A DNA stretch of 32,000 bases from Nitrososphaera viennensis EN76 (GCF_000698785.1 NZ_CP007536.1:1320001-1352000); one strand, 5' to 3'. Shown: positions 7,918-16,623, counted from the stretch's first letter. Notes: generated from the sequence alone by a model not told the origin. Program-made: numbers and translations.

Positions 7918-8406
7918 CTACCGGAACATCAGCGCAAGCGCGGTGGCGTACGGCACGTGGATGGTGACCTTGTCCGTCTTGGCGTTGTAGATGCCGTAGA
8001 TGGTATCGATGTCCAGCCTGTCGTATTTCTTGTTGAGGTACTTACTCCCAACTTCCACGTTTTTGCCCGCGACGTCAACTGAAAGGCGCGTGTTGGCGCT
8101 GTCTATCTTGGAAGGCTTGACGTATATCTTGATGTCTGAGGCGCTTATCTTGAACCCTATGAATTCGCGCTCGATGTCAGGTATCTCGTAATCGCGGGCA
8201 GTAAGGTTGCCAATGATGTCGTCTTTGACCTCTTTGGTCGGGAAGAGCTGCCCTGCATCAATGTCGGCTTTGTACTCGAATAATCCGTCAAGAAAGTTTG
8301 CAGAAAACGCGGCGCTCAGGTTTTCTGCCCGGGCCTGCTGACCGGCGTACACCGTCAGGGCAAGCACGGAGGCAAGTGCAACAGCTACAGCGACCCTCAA
8401 GAACAT
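7918..8406 (-). CDS. exported hypothetical protein (N-terminal signal peptide)
   Basis: 162 aa. N-terminus MFLRVAVAVALASVLALTVYAGQQARA is signal-peptide-like. No known domain recognised. Confidence 0.7.
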   Translation of the reverse strand: MFLRVAVAVALASVLALTVYAGQQARAENLSAAFSANFLDGLFEYKADIDAGQLFPTKEVKDDIIGNLTARDYEIPDIEREFIGFKISASDIKIYVKPSKIDSANTRLSVDVAGKNVEVGSKYLNKKYDRLDIDTIYGIYNAKTDKVTIHVPYATALALMFR

Positions 8407-8651
8407 CTGCGATTAACGAGGGGAGCTTGGGCTTATGTAAAATCTTTATGGATGATTATTACTTATGCTTATTCAGATTTCGACGGTGCCTTTGTGGTTT
8501 CATTGCTGAGTCTCGTTGCAGCATATAGTGCTGCATGTTAACATATCAAACATCCTTATTGATATTACATTACGTTTCCAGTGAATGTCATTATCTCCCA
8601 GACCTTTCATAAGCGCTTTAAAGGATTTCTTTTACGTAGAAAAGAATCGAA

Positions 8652-10052
8652 ATGAATTCAAACCTAAATGTGATCGCGGGGTGCACATTTATGATGTTGA
8701 TGTTGGCTGGCTCTGTAACGCACACATCACCTGTAGGCGTGGCACAGGCAGCGCGGCCAAATGATCTCACCATAGAGGGGTATTCCATATCAAATGTCGA
8801 CACGGGTACCACACGAGAATCCAAATCCAAAGACACAGAACAATCATCATCAACCCTTACCGTAAAGGCATTGACAGCCAATGACGAAGAGCTTCACATG
8901 CGGACAACAATCAAGCTAGCGAATGAGACTGTAAAGACGGGACTAACTCCTATTACATTTCAAGGGATAGCAGGCAAGACGTACCAGCTAACTGTTGAAA
9001 ACCAGGAAGTTGAAAATGCAACTTCCAGCCAAAAAGGAGGCATCATATTTAATCATTGGGAGGACATCGATGACACAAGCAGAGTACGTGATGTCACCAT
9101 GCCTGACGATGGAGAGTTGTTGAATGTATTGGCAGTCTATAACAGTGGAGACAGGGCCACTCTTGAAGACCTAGGAGTACTGCAGCTTGTATCCCACGAC
9201 TTGTACGACACGGTCCGCGACGGGCCAAACCCGGGCAACAGAGAAGACAGAAGGCTCAACCTGAGCACCCTTCTGGATCATGGAGAAGAACAGATAGCCG
9301 TCGGCGGCGAGCCAAGGAATAGCGAGAATATCGCGCTTCGCACCGTAGCGGTAAAGCTAGACAAGATGCACCTTGATCTCATTGATGAAGGGATGGAGCC
9401 GGAGGCTGCAAGAGAAAAGACTGTGCGGGCCTACCTAAAGATGGTGGCAAAGGCCTATCAAAATACGTTCCATGAACCACTACCGGAGGCGGCGCCAAAC
9501 GAGCACGAGCAAAAACCGGACGGCACGGAGAACCTTACGGGCGACCTAGCAATGAGAACTTTGCATTCATACGTGCCAAGTCATATCATGGTAAACGGAG
9601 AAGAAACACCAATACTGGATCGGTCACTAAGAGGTAAAATGCTGTCTGAAGAGGACATGCAGCAGCTATCAAAGCCGCTTGACGGGACGTTTGATCCCTT
9701 CCTTAGAGATGTCACCATATTTCTGCCTCGGCTCGATGCACCGCCACAGAAATTCACGGTCGACCTTCTTGAAAAGGACAGTAGCTTTGCAGAACAGTTT
9801 GAGACAGACATTTCGTTCGAAGAATTCTTGCAGGAACTCCAAGACGGCCGCTTTGACAAGAACGAACAGGTAATGAACTACATTAGAGAAGACATGGCCG
9901 CCGGATTGCTGCCTTTACAGGATGATAGTGATGATGGCGGCGACACGAACCAGCGGCAGGATAGCGGAGCGCCCAATGAGGATGAAGAGGAAGAGTTTGA
10001 AGAGGATGACAACGAAGAATTCCAGCCATCCTTTTTAAGAGACAGAACATAA
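8652..10052 (+). CDS. exported hypothetical protein with strongly acidic C-terminal tail
   Basis: 466 aa. Hydrophobic N-terminus (CTFMMLMLAGSV...AQA). The C-terminus DDSDDGGDT...NEDEEEEFEEDDNEEF is very acidic. No family recognised. Confidence 0.75.
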   Translation: MNSNLNVIAGCTFMMLMLAGSVTHTSPVGVAQAARPNDLTIEGYSISNVDTGTTRESKSKDTEQSSSTLTVKALTANDEELHMRTTIKLANETVKTGLTPITFQGIAGKTYQLTVENQEVENATSSQKGGIIFNHWEDIDDTSRVRDVTMPDDGELLNVLAVYNSGDRATLEDLGVLQLVSHDLYDTVRDGPNPGNREDRRLNLSTLLDHGEEQIAVGGEPRNSENIALRTVAVKLDKMHLDLIDEGMEPEAAREKTVRAYLKMVAKAYQNTFHEPLPEAAPNEHEQKPDGTENLTGDLAMRTLHSYVPSHIMVNGEETPILDRSLRGKMLSEEDMQQLSKPLDGTFDPFLRDVTIFLPRLDAPPQKFTVDLLEKDSSFAEQFETDISFEEFLQELQDGRFDKNEQVMNYIREDMAAGLLPLQDDSDDGGDTNQRQDSGAPNEDEEEEFEEDDNEEFQPSFLRDRT

Positions 10053-10193
10053 CGAGCGTGGAAGTGACGCCCTTTTTCTCTTTTTATAGGATTTACACAT
10101 GATTTCAGACATCCCTGATTGCAATTAGCAGAAAGGAAAAGAATTACCATATCACATACAGTAATTGATTTATAGAAACAGGTTCATGATTTT

Positions 10194-10400
10194 GTGTTGA
10201 TAATCCGCCTGCCACAGGGCCGAGAAATCACAAGAAACCGCTACTGGACAAACTTTCAGCTCTTGTTTGGCCACGTCAACCTCGGGTGCCATGACGGGAA
10301 AAGGTTCTGTTTGTTCAAGTGCCGCGAGCACGGGGTGGTGCTCGACTATGAGCGCGGATACGAAGGCCGTCTTGAATGCCCTCTATGTTCGCCAAGATAA
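10194..10400 (+). CDS. possible small zinc-ribbon protein
   Basis: 68-aa ORF with a GTG/TTG start about 21-24 nt after GATTTATAGAA (10168-10178). Cys knuckles FCLFKC and CPLC sit 21 residues apart. Locally higher GC than the surrounding spacer. Confidence 0.35.
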   Translation: MLIIRLPQGREITRNRYWTNFQLLFGHVNLGCHDGKRFCLFKCREHGVVLDYERGYEGRLECPLCSPR

Positions 10401-10556
10401 AAGAAAAGAAACGAGATACAACAGATGATCGACTCAAGCAAGTTGATGATGTAGGTGGCAAAAGGTTGTTTAAAAGGCTGCCAGCTGTCGTGCGTGTGTG
10501 TATATCGATATCGGCGGCAGTAGTTTTGAAATATCCGCAGCTGCCTTTGTACAGCC

Positions 10557-11421
10557 ATGTCAAAAGAGGAAAAAGAAGAATCTGGGCAAACGGCAATTGT
10601 CACCGGAAGTTCTTCTGGCATAGGCCTTGAGACATCCCTTGCGCTTGCGCGAAACGGATTCTATACCTATGCAACGATGAGAAACCCTGCAAAAGGAAAA
10701 GCGCTTGTCGACAGGGCAGAAAAAGAAAAGCTGCCGTTGCAGGTGGCAGAACTTGATGTCGACAGGGACGAGTCGGTTAAAAATACGATAGGCGGCATAG
10801 CCAGGGAACGCAAAAGGATTGACGTCGTCGTGAACAATGCGGGGTTTGCCCTCGTCGGCGCGCTGGAAGAAACATCGATGGACGAGATAAAGGCCCAGTT
10901 TGAGACCAACCTGTTTGGCGCGCTGAGAGTCATGAAGGCAGTCATCCCCGTAATGAGAAGACAGGCAAGCGGGACAATAGTGAACATAACTTCGATGGGC
11001 GGCAAGGTCGCGATCCCGCTTGACCCGATTTACCACGGCACAAAATTTGCGCTTGAAGGCATCACAGAATCGGTTCGCTATGAACTGCAGCCCTTTGGGG
11101 GTAAATGTGATACTTGTAGAGCCCGGCGCGGTAAAGACGAACTTTTATGGCAACCTAAAGCTTGCACATGATGCCACCGGACCCGATTCTCCGTATGCCA
11201 AGTTCATGAGTGGCCTGCAATCAGCCGCTGCACGCATGGTAGAGGATGCGATTCCTGCTCAGGAGGTCGCCGAGGTGATAGCGCAGGCGGCCAGGTCGGA
11301 TTCGCCACAAATGAGATACGTTATCGGAAAGGACACACAGGTAATGATTGAGGCCAGAAAGAGCATGGACGACAAAGAGTTTGAAAAGTTTGTGGCCGCC
11401 CGGTTCTTTGGAAATCAATAA
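10557..11421 (+). pseudogene. short-chain dehydrogenase/reductase (classical SDR), interrupted by a +1 nt shift in a G5 run
   Basis: ORF 10557..11171 carries TGSSSGIG, NNAG and S...YHGTKFALEG, then turns to nonsense after ELQPFG. ORF 11020..11421 continues in the next frame with VNVILVEPGAVKTNF... Skipping one G of GGGGG (11097-11101) joins them. Total length is 865 nt = 3n+1. Confidence 0.9.
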
Positions 11422-11586
11422 TAGCAGCACATGCTTACCGGCGGATCATGCATGTGCACATGTGTACATACATCCAAAAACTCGGGAAGAAAGGCAGCAG
11501 GAGATGTTGTGTGGGTGGGGCATAACCAGCGCTAGCGTGTGTGTATTCGATGACAAAATAAGGTATGGGAAGAATAACCCACATGA

Positions 11587-11994
11587 CTAGACATAGTTTT
11601 CTATGTCTTGGTTTGGCTCCATAGTCGCGCTTACCTTAAGCGTGATATAGTCCGTGCTGGTGGAAGGATTTACGACTATTCCAACGTAGCCCCTCCCCTG
11701 TATTGGAAGGAGCATTGTCTTTGCCATGTCATAATCAACGACCATGCACTCGACTTTGCCGAAGGTTTCTTCAGACATCCGCGCCGTTGCATATACCAGT
11801 GCGGCATAGTCGCCGCCGCTCTTCTTGAGCTTGTCGGAAATTTTGAATTTCTTGTCAAAGGCCTGTTTTGATGCTGTCTCTAGAATCCTGAAATTTGAAT
11901 CCATGAGGCAAACGGCCAAGATATTCTCATCTATTGACAAGATATGTTGAGATGCTGATATGATCATGGACTTGTCAAGGACAGAGTTTCGCAC
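11587..11994 (-). CDS. hypothetical protein, possibly Roadblock/LC7-like fold
   Basis: 135 aa with a GTG start (ATG alternative at 11967). The pattern ILAVCLMDSNFRILE...YAALVYA...GKVECMVVDYDMAKTMLLPI...YVGIVV resembles Roadblock/LC7 domains. Weak call. Confidence 0.55.
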   Translation of the reverse strand: MRNSVLDKSMIISASQHILSIDENILAVCLMDSNFRILETASKQAFDKKFKISDKLKKSGGDYAALVYATARMSEETFGKVECMVVDYDMAKTMLLPIQGRGYVGIVVNPSTSTDYITLKVSATMEPNQDIENYV

Positions 11995-12533
11995 TTATAA
12001 TTCTGTGGAGAATAATGTTCTAGAGTATCATACTATTTGAGGATGAAGTGCTGATGATTTTGCAGGTTTTTGCTTGGAGAAAAGCAGGAGCGGTATTAAC
12101 ACACCTGCTTTAATGCAGATACAGAACCATCGACTATGTGTGTATCTCTTGTACGTCGTTGTGTCACATAATATATTCAGATTAGAATAAAAACCAGTGA
12201 GCAAGAGGGATGATCAAAATTCTATTCACATATACTGCAAAACCATAAAGGTATTTCCATCAGCAGTAAAGTTACCCATAGAGTTCTACAGAGAAGCACT
12301 GCATCATGTTTTTATTCAAATTAGGCAAGATAACTAGGAGGATTGCGTGAAAAGAGCAGATGCAGCTGCTTCTTGTCCCAATTCGCAATGCAGAATATAA
12401 CATTGTCATAGTATGAGGTTTACTGCTCTGCTTAGCTTAGCAGCTTACGACTTTTTTAAGTACGACTTGTCTATAGCGGGGGGCTCCACATGCCTTAAAA
12501 ATCATCAGAATTGATCGATGTCGATTAGACGGA

Positions 12534-13169
12534 ATGGAAGAAATTCGAAAAAAAACAAACAACAAAATTTCACAACCGTCCAACAATCTGCTGGTCCTCC
12601 TAAGAAAAGGCTGGAGCATCAGAAGGTTATGGATTCTCTCCATCGTGGGAATAGCCGGACTGGGGCTGGACGCCGCCTTTCATACGCTTAGCACGGGTAC
12701 GCCGCTGGCAATTATTTTCGACGGCGCGGACTTTTCAACAGGCGAAATGGTCCTGACGACATCGCCCGAAATCGCTACGCTCTCGTGGACCGGCCACATT
12801 ACGTTCCTCACAGCGTTCACGATGCTGGGTGTACTGCCAAGGCTTTTCTTTGAAAAGTCTGCACCGGCAAGAGCTGATGGCCGCAGATGGGTCATGCTGA
12901 GAAAAGGCCGCAGCATAAAGCAAATGTGGCTCATAGCCGCGATTGGCGTGGCCGGACTGGCGCTTGACGTGTCGTTCCACTGGCTGCAGGATGGCGATCC
13001 ATCAAAAGTGCTACTGAACGGATTTGAAGATCCAAATCCATTCATTGCAGGGCTTGCATTGAGCGCTCATATCATGTTCATAGGCGCGTTTGCGTTGTTG
13101 ATGTTCCTGCCAAAGATACTCTTTGCCGAAAAAGACCCGATGACGACAGCAGTTCCTTCTTCCAGGTAA
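12534..13169 (+). CDS. membrane protein with internal tandem duplication (2 x 2 TM), four conserved His
   Basis: 211 aa. Residues 21-108 and 120-200 align: VLLRKGWSIRRLWILSIVGIAGLGLDAAFH vs VMLRKGRSIKQMWLIAAIGVAGLALDVSFH, and GHITFLTAFTMLGVLPRLFFEK vs AHIMFIGAFALLMFLPKILFAEK. Confidence 0.75.
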   Translation: MEEIRKKTNNKISQPSNNLLVLLRKGWSIRRLWILSIVGIAGLGLDAAFHTLSTGTPLAIIFDGADFSTGEMVLTTSPEIATLSWTGHITFLTAFTMLGVLPRLFFEKSAPARADGRRWVMLRKGRSIKQMWLIAAIGVAGLALDVSFHWLQDGDPSKVLLNGFEDPNPFIAGLALSAHIMFIGAFALLMFLPKILFAEKDPMTTAVPSSR

Positions 13170-13215
13170 GCGGAGGAAGGATATACACACACATACACGC
13201 TCTCTTTCAGGCATC

Positions 13216-13791
13216 ATGAGAACCAAAAGGTTGCAAAAGGTTGTAGTCAACACTACAATCACCTTTTTTGTCATAGCGATGGTAGCAGTAGCAGCAGTTC
13301 CGGCGCCGCAGAAGGAGCACACTGCCTACGCGCACACTGTCGGGACAGGAAGCTCGATTAGGAATATTGACAACTATCAGATCGCATTTCAATCGATCCC
13401 GACATCTGCCAGTGCAGGCCAGAATACGTCATTGCACTTCAGCATCCTAGAGAACAATGCTTACGTAAACAATGCACACGTAGCATTGCAGATAAAGGAA
13501 AAAGAGTCTGGCAAGATTGTCGAGCAGGTGCCCTACAAGCTCTATGAATTTAGCGACATCACGATACCCTACACGTTTCAAAATAACACAGATTACGAGA
13601 TAAAGCTGCTAGCACGAATGAGCGATGACGGTGGAAACCAAAAATACCTGACCAACCCAATGGTAGTCGACTTTGACATCCCTGTCAGGCAGACAACAAT
13701 AGTTCCAATAAACGACTTCATCATTACAGCAGTACCTTTCGCAGCGGCGCTGGCGGGCGGCATAGTCTTCATGCTCAAGAGGGCGAGGTGA
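13216..13791 (+). CDS. exported beta-sandwich-like protein with C-terminal TM anchor
   Basis: 191 aa. N-terminal hydrophobic segment, then ...HTAYA/HTVG. The middle region alternates beta-like strands (NTSLHFSILE..., AHVALQIKE..., YEIKLLARM). C-terminus VPFAAALAGGIVFMLKRAR. Confidence 0.75.
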   Translation: MRTKRLQKVVVNTTITFFVIAMVAVAAVPAPQKEHTAYAHTVGTGSSIRNIDNYQIAFQSIPTSASAGQNTSLHFSILENNAYVNNAHVALQIKEKESGKIVEQVPYKLYEFSDITIPYTFQNNTDYEIKLLARMSDDGGNQKYLTNPMVVDFDIPVRQTTIVPINDFIITAVPFAAALAGGIVFMLKRAR

Positions 13792-13998
13792 AGGAATCTC
13801 AGCCACATATTTTTTCTCCTTTCCGATAAAAGAATGAGAGCGTTGACGAAATAAAAAACTAGAATCCCATGATTCTTTACGATTGTTGTTGTTGCTGGCC
13901 ATGCATGGCATCAGCGCGCTTTTGCATTTCTTCTGGAGACACGTCTTTCTTGTGCGTGTTGCGATCCACTAGTAATTCCCAAAGGGATCTTGCAGCTT

Positions 13999-14427
13999 TT
14001 ACCTGAGTGGGTTTTGCCTGCTAAACTCGAGTATCATTCCGCGCCTGTCGTCGTACTTGATGTTGCAAGCCTCTTCCAGAGTCATGGGGATATGGGAAAC
14101 ATCAATTTTGCATAGCGGACATGAATCAACAATGCCCCTCATGTTGAGGCATGTACAGGACCAATTGCAATTATCACAAAGTTCCAAGATGATGTCGGGA
14201 AAGGTTTCTCCGCTAATCCTTTGTTGACTAGTGTTGATATCCTCATACGGCATTATAAGGCTCTCAGGCGATTCTTGCGTTTTTTCTTCCCTCCCTGTCC
14301 AGGCTTGTGCGGGTCGCAAATATAATAGTAGCATTATTGTGGATCTGTTGCGTGCAATAGCCGCTGCTGCGAGAGTTCCATAGTTTTTAGAATTATTGCC
14401 ACACACACTCGCAAGGTCTGAAATCAC
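13999..14427 (-). CDS. Cys-rich small protein (putative zinc-binding)
   Basis: The GTG start at 14427 overlaps the upstream stop (GTGA). The C-terminal 84 aa (from ATG 14253) holds CDNCNWSCTC...CPLC. The N-terminal 58 aa look low-complexity, so the short form 13999..14253 is a real alternative. Confidence 0.55.
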   Translation of the reverse strand: MISDLASVCGNNSKNYGTLAAAAIARNRSTIMLLLYLRPAQAWTGREEKTQESPESLIMPYEDINTSQQRISGETFPDIILELCDNCNWSCTCLNMRGIVDSCPLCKIDVSHIPMTLEEACNIKYDDRRGMILEFSRQNPLR

Positions 14428-14753
14428 CTTAGCGTTTCCATATCAGACGGCTCCAGGACAGACTGTAGCATGTACAGCATCTTTTTGATATATCTCTGCT
14501 TTGAGGGGATTTCAATTAATTTTTGCTGGTAAAAGTCAATCAAATGGGAAATAAAGCATTTCATCTCCTCCTTGCTTTCTGGCAGATTAGTGAGTATCGC
14601 CGAATACCAGTACTCCACCAGGGCATCTTCGCCATATCTTTTTTCCAGCTCGACAAGAGATGCAAAATTGGAATGGCATTTTCTGCACAAGCCGCCATGG
14701 GCGTCTGCATAGGATCGCGTTGCAAAATGACCGCACCTTGTTTTGCAGAGCAT
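14424..14753 (-). CDS. small protein with N-terminal zinc-ribbon-like motif
   Basis: 109 aa. The MLCKTRCGH...GGLCRKCH knuckles are followed by a helical-looking domain. Upstream partner of the 13999..14427 ORF. Confidence 0.6.
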   Translation of the reverse strand: MLCKTRCGHFATRSYADAHGGLCRKCHSNFASLVELEKRYGEDALVEYWYSAILTNLPESKEEMKCFISHLIDFYQQKLIEIPSKQRYIKKMLYMLQSVLEPSDMETLR

Positions 14754-14881
14754 CGCAGGAATTACGAGGCAAAATAGAAATATAAATGATAATCAAAATA
14801 TGCAGAATTTACGCCATAATCAGAAACAGTTCGCGCGAATTATTTGCACGCATAATCAAGACTCTTTTTAATTATGACGCG

Positions 14882-14889
14882 CCTATAAT
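14882..14889 (+). promoter_or_regulatory. TATA-like box for the 14911 gene
   Basis: CCTATAAT centred 25 nt upstream of ATG 14911. Confidence 0.4.
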
Positions 14890-14910
14890 GAGCAGGTGGT
14901 AGGGACAGAG

Positions 14911-15225
14911 ATGTCCAATGTAGACTATAATGTGGAATCGGGACAAGGCTATCAAGAAGGCGCCTCAAAGTTCAAGCCCATAAAGGTCGAAATGAGGGTT
15001 TCAAACGTGAACAAGGATCAGGTCAGCTACTGGATAAACGAAATTGCGAATCAATATGCCGATCTAGTCGTGACAAATGTCAGCACTGGAAGCGACAAGA
15101 TATCTTTTGAGATAGGCTCGCCCAGCATGAGTGACCTGACTGCCGAAGACATCAAGTTCAGGATAGAAGAATACCTGACCATGAACGTGCCTCCTTTTGA
15201 GCTCAAAGAGTTAAAGGTGCAGTAG
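14911..15225 (+). CDS. hypothetical protein
   Basis: The listed ORF 14896..15225 starts at GTG. ATG 14911 is preferred because of the TATA spacing. 104 aa, no motif recognised. A T5 run follows the stop (about 15249-15253). Confidence 0.6.
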   Translation: MSNVDYNVESGQGYQEGASKFKPIKVEMRVSNVNKDQVSYWINEIANQYADLVVTNVSTGSDKISFEIGSPSMSDLTAEDIKFRIEEYLTMNVPPFELKELKVQ

Positions 15226-15346
15226 CAACAGCAAACGCGCCATTCCCTTTTTACTGACAGGGAGTGAGAAACAAGAAAGAATGTTGCCGCTGCGCGTAAT
15301 GCCTTTACGAAAAAATAAAGAAAAGAAAGAGTTACCTTACTACTCG

Positions 15347-15505
15347 TTAGCTTCTGTTACGGGCTACTAACATCTGTACTTCCTTGAACATGCAAGGCTG
15401 GAGTTTTGGATCATGAATCCTGCATACCGCAAAGTGCCATGCTGTCTCCAGTGCAAGGTAAGTAAAGACGAAGCCCATTATTGGATACGCCAGATTTTCC
15501 AACAT
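15347..15505 (-). CDS. possible 52-aa small membrane protein (below ORF-track cutoff)
   Basis: My translation: MLENLAYPIMGFVFTYLALETAWHFAVCRIHDPKLQPCMFKEVQMLVARNRS, with one hydrophobic helix. A TATA-like CTTATATG (complement of 15529-15536) is centred 27 nt upstream of ATG 15505. Confidence 0.35.
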   Translation of the reverse strand: MLENLAYPIMGFVFTYLALETAWHFAVCRIHDPKLQPCMFKEVQMLVARNRS

Positions 15506-15693
15506 AGGGAACTAAATGCCTGTAGACGCATATAAGATTATCTGAGCAAAAAATAAACATATGATAAGAATAGTTATGGAAAATCTCATATTTGTTAAGC
15601 TAGACGCGCAAGACGGGCAAATAGATTCTCGTATGTAAACAGGCAACGTGGCAGCCGCCATTTGGGTTGATTCAAGTATCCCGGGCTTGATCG

Positions 15694-16623
15694 TCATGGA
15701 AGAGGGTCGATCTCCCTGATAGACAGTTTTTCGTAGACGACCGTGCCCTCCTCGTTTCTCAGATACACCGACAGAAAGGGCTTTTTGCTTATGCACGAGG
15801 GAAGCACCAAACTCCTGGTGAGTCTGGTGGCAGGGTCTACGCCAGAGCTGCACGAGTCGCATCCGACGCCCCAGTTATCTCCGGTGTCGGTAAAGGAAGT
15901 GACCATTGTCCACGGAGACCCGTCGGCCGAGTTCTTGTTTCCAAGCCACAGTTCCACCGTCGTCTGCGTGTTTGCGGCATTGTTCCGTATGATATACTTG
16001 AACGACACCGGCACGTTCTTTGGAAACGTGCTTCCAAGCGGGAACTTCTCCGAATTGTGCGCTGGCGCATAGCCTTTGTCTAGGTGGTGCGCTGTCTCTT
16101 TTTCAAAAGACCATATGCCGTCATAGAGAAAGACTGCGCCATACCCCCTGTTGTCGTTGAGCAACTCGTCTTCGTCATAATCTATGCCATGGTTTGTGCG
16201 GCAGTACACCTGGATGTACGAGTCCTTTGCAGGGCCAAATTCGCTTATCCTTGTGAGAACGCCCGTTATCTCCAAGTTCTCGTCCCATTCTCTTTTGTGA
16301 TCCGGGGACACCACATAGATGCGCACATAGTGGCCGGTGGCCGTGAGCCTGCCGGAGCCGTTTATCGCGTACGTGCCCTCTCCGTGTGAGAGGTCAAGCC
16401 AGGGGTCGTCCGGGTCTATTCCGGAGGCAAGTGTGCGCGCATGGCCATTGTCGAACATGGAATGCCACTCCATCCCGCCTGCTTTGGTGGGGTTTAGTCT
16501 TGCAAGGCCAAAGGGGTCTTTTGCTTCCTTGAGCATGCCATCGTTTACACATACAATATACACTCTGGCGAGTAGTAAAGGCTCGTGTCCGTTTTGTACT
16601 TGTCCCGTGCAGGATTTTGCCAT
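15694..16623 (-). CDS. hypothetical protein, possibly concanavalin-A-like beta-jelly-roll (lectin/glucanase/lyase fold)
   Basis: 309 aa, strand-rich with Trp/Gly/Asp-rich loops (GMEWHSMFDNG, YVRIYVVSP, YGAVFLYDGIWSF, VSFKYIIRNN...VELWLGN, SVYLRNEEGTVVYEKLSIREI). No signal peptide, and an in-frame stop lies immediately upstream of ATG 16623. Fold call is weak. Confidence 0.7.
   Translation of the reverse strand: MAKSCTGQVQNGHEPLLLARVYIVCVNDGMLKEAKDPFGLARLNPTKAGGMEWHSMFDNGHARTLASGIDPDDPWLDLSHGEGTYAINGSGRLTATGHYVRIYVVSPDHKREWDENLEITGVLTRISEFGPAKDSYIQVYCRTNHGIDYDEDELLNDNRGYGAVFLYDGIWSFEKETAHHLDKGYAPAHNSEKFPLGSTFPKNVPVSFKYIIRNNAANTQTTVELWLGNKNSADGSPWTMVTSFTDTGDNWGVGCDSCSSGVDPATRLTRSLVLPSCISKKPFLSVYLRNEEGTVVYEKLSIREIDPLP

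Noticed and set aside
8517-8535. Hairpin TGCAGCA-TATAG-TGCTGCA in the 8407-8651 spacer
   Set aside because: The 7-bp stem has no associated T-run or repeat partner, so it is insufficient to assign function.
11451-11462. Perfect 12-bp palindrome CATGTGCACATG between the convergent SDR and 11587..11994 genes
   Set aside because: It could be a hairpin or restriction-type site, but it is isolated and short. Archaeal termination does not require it.
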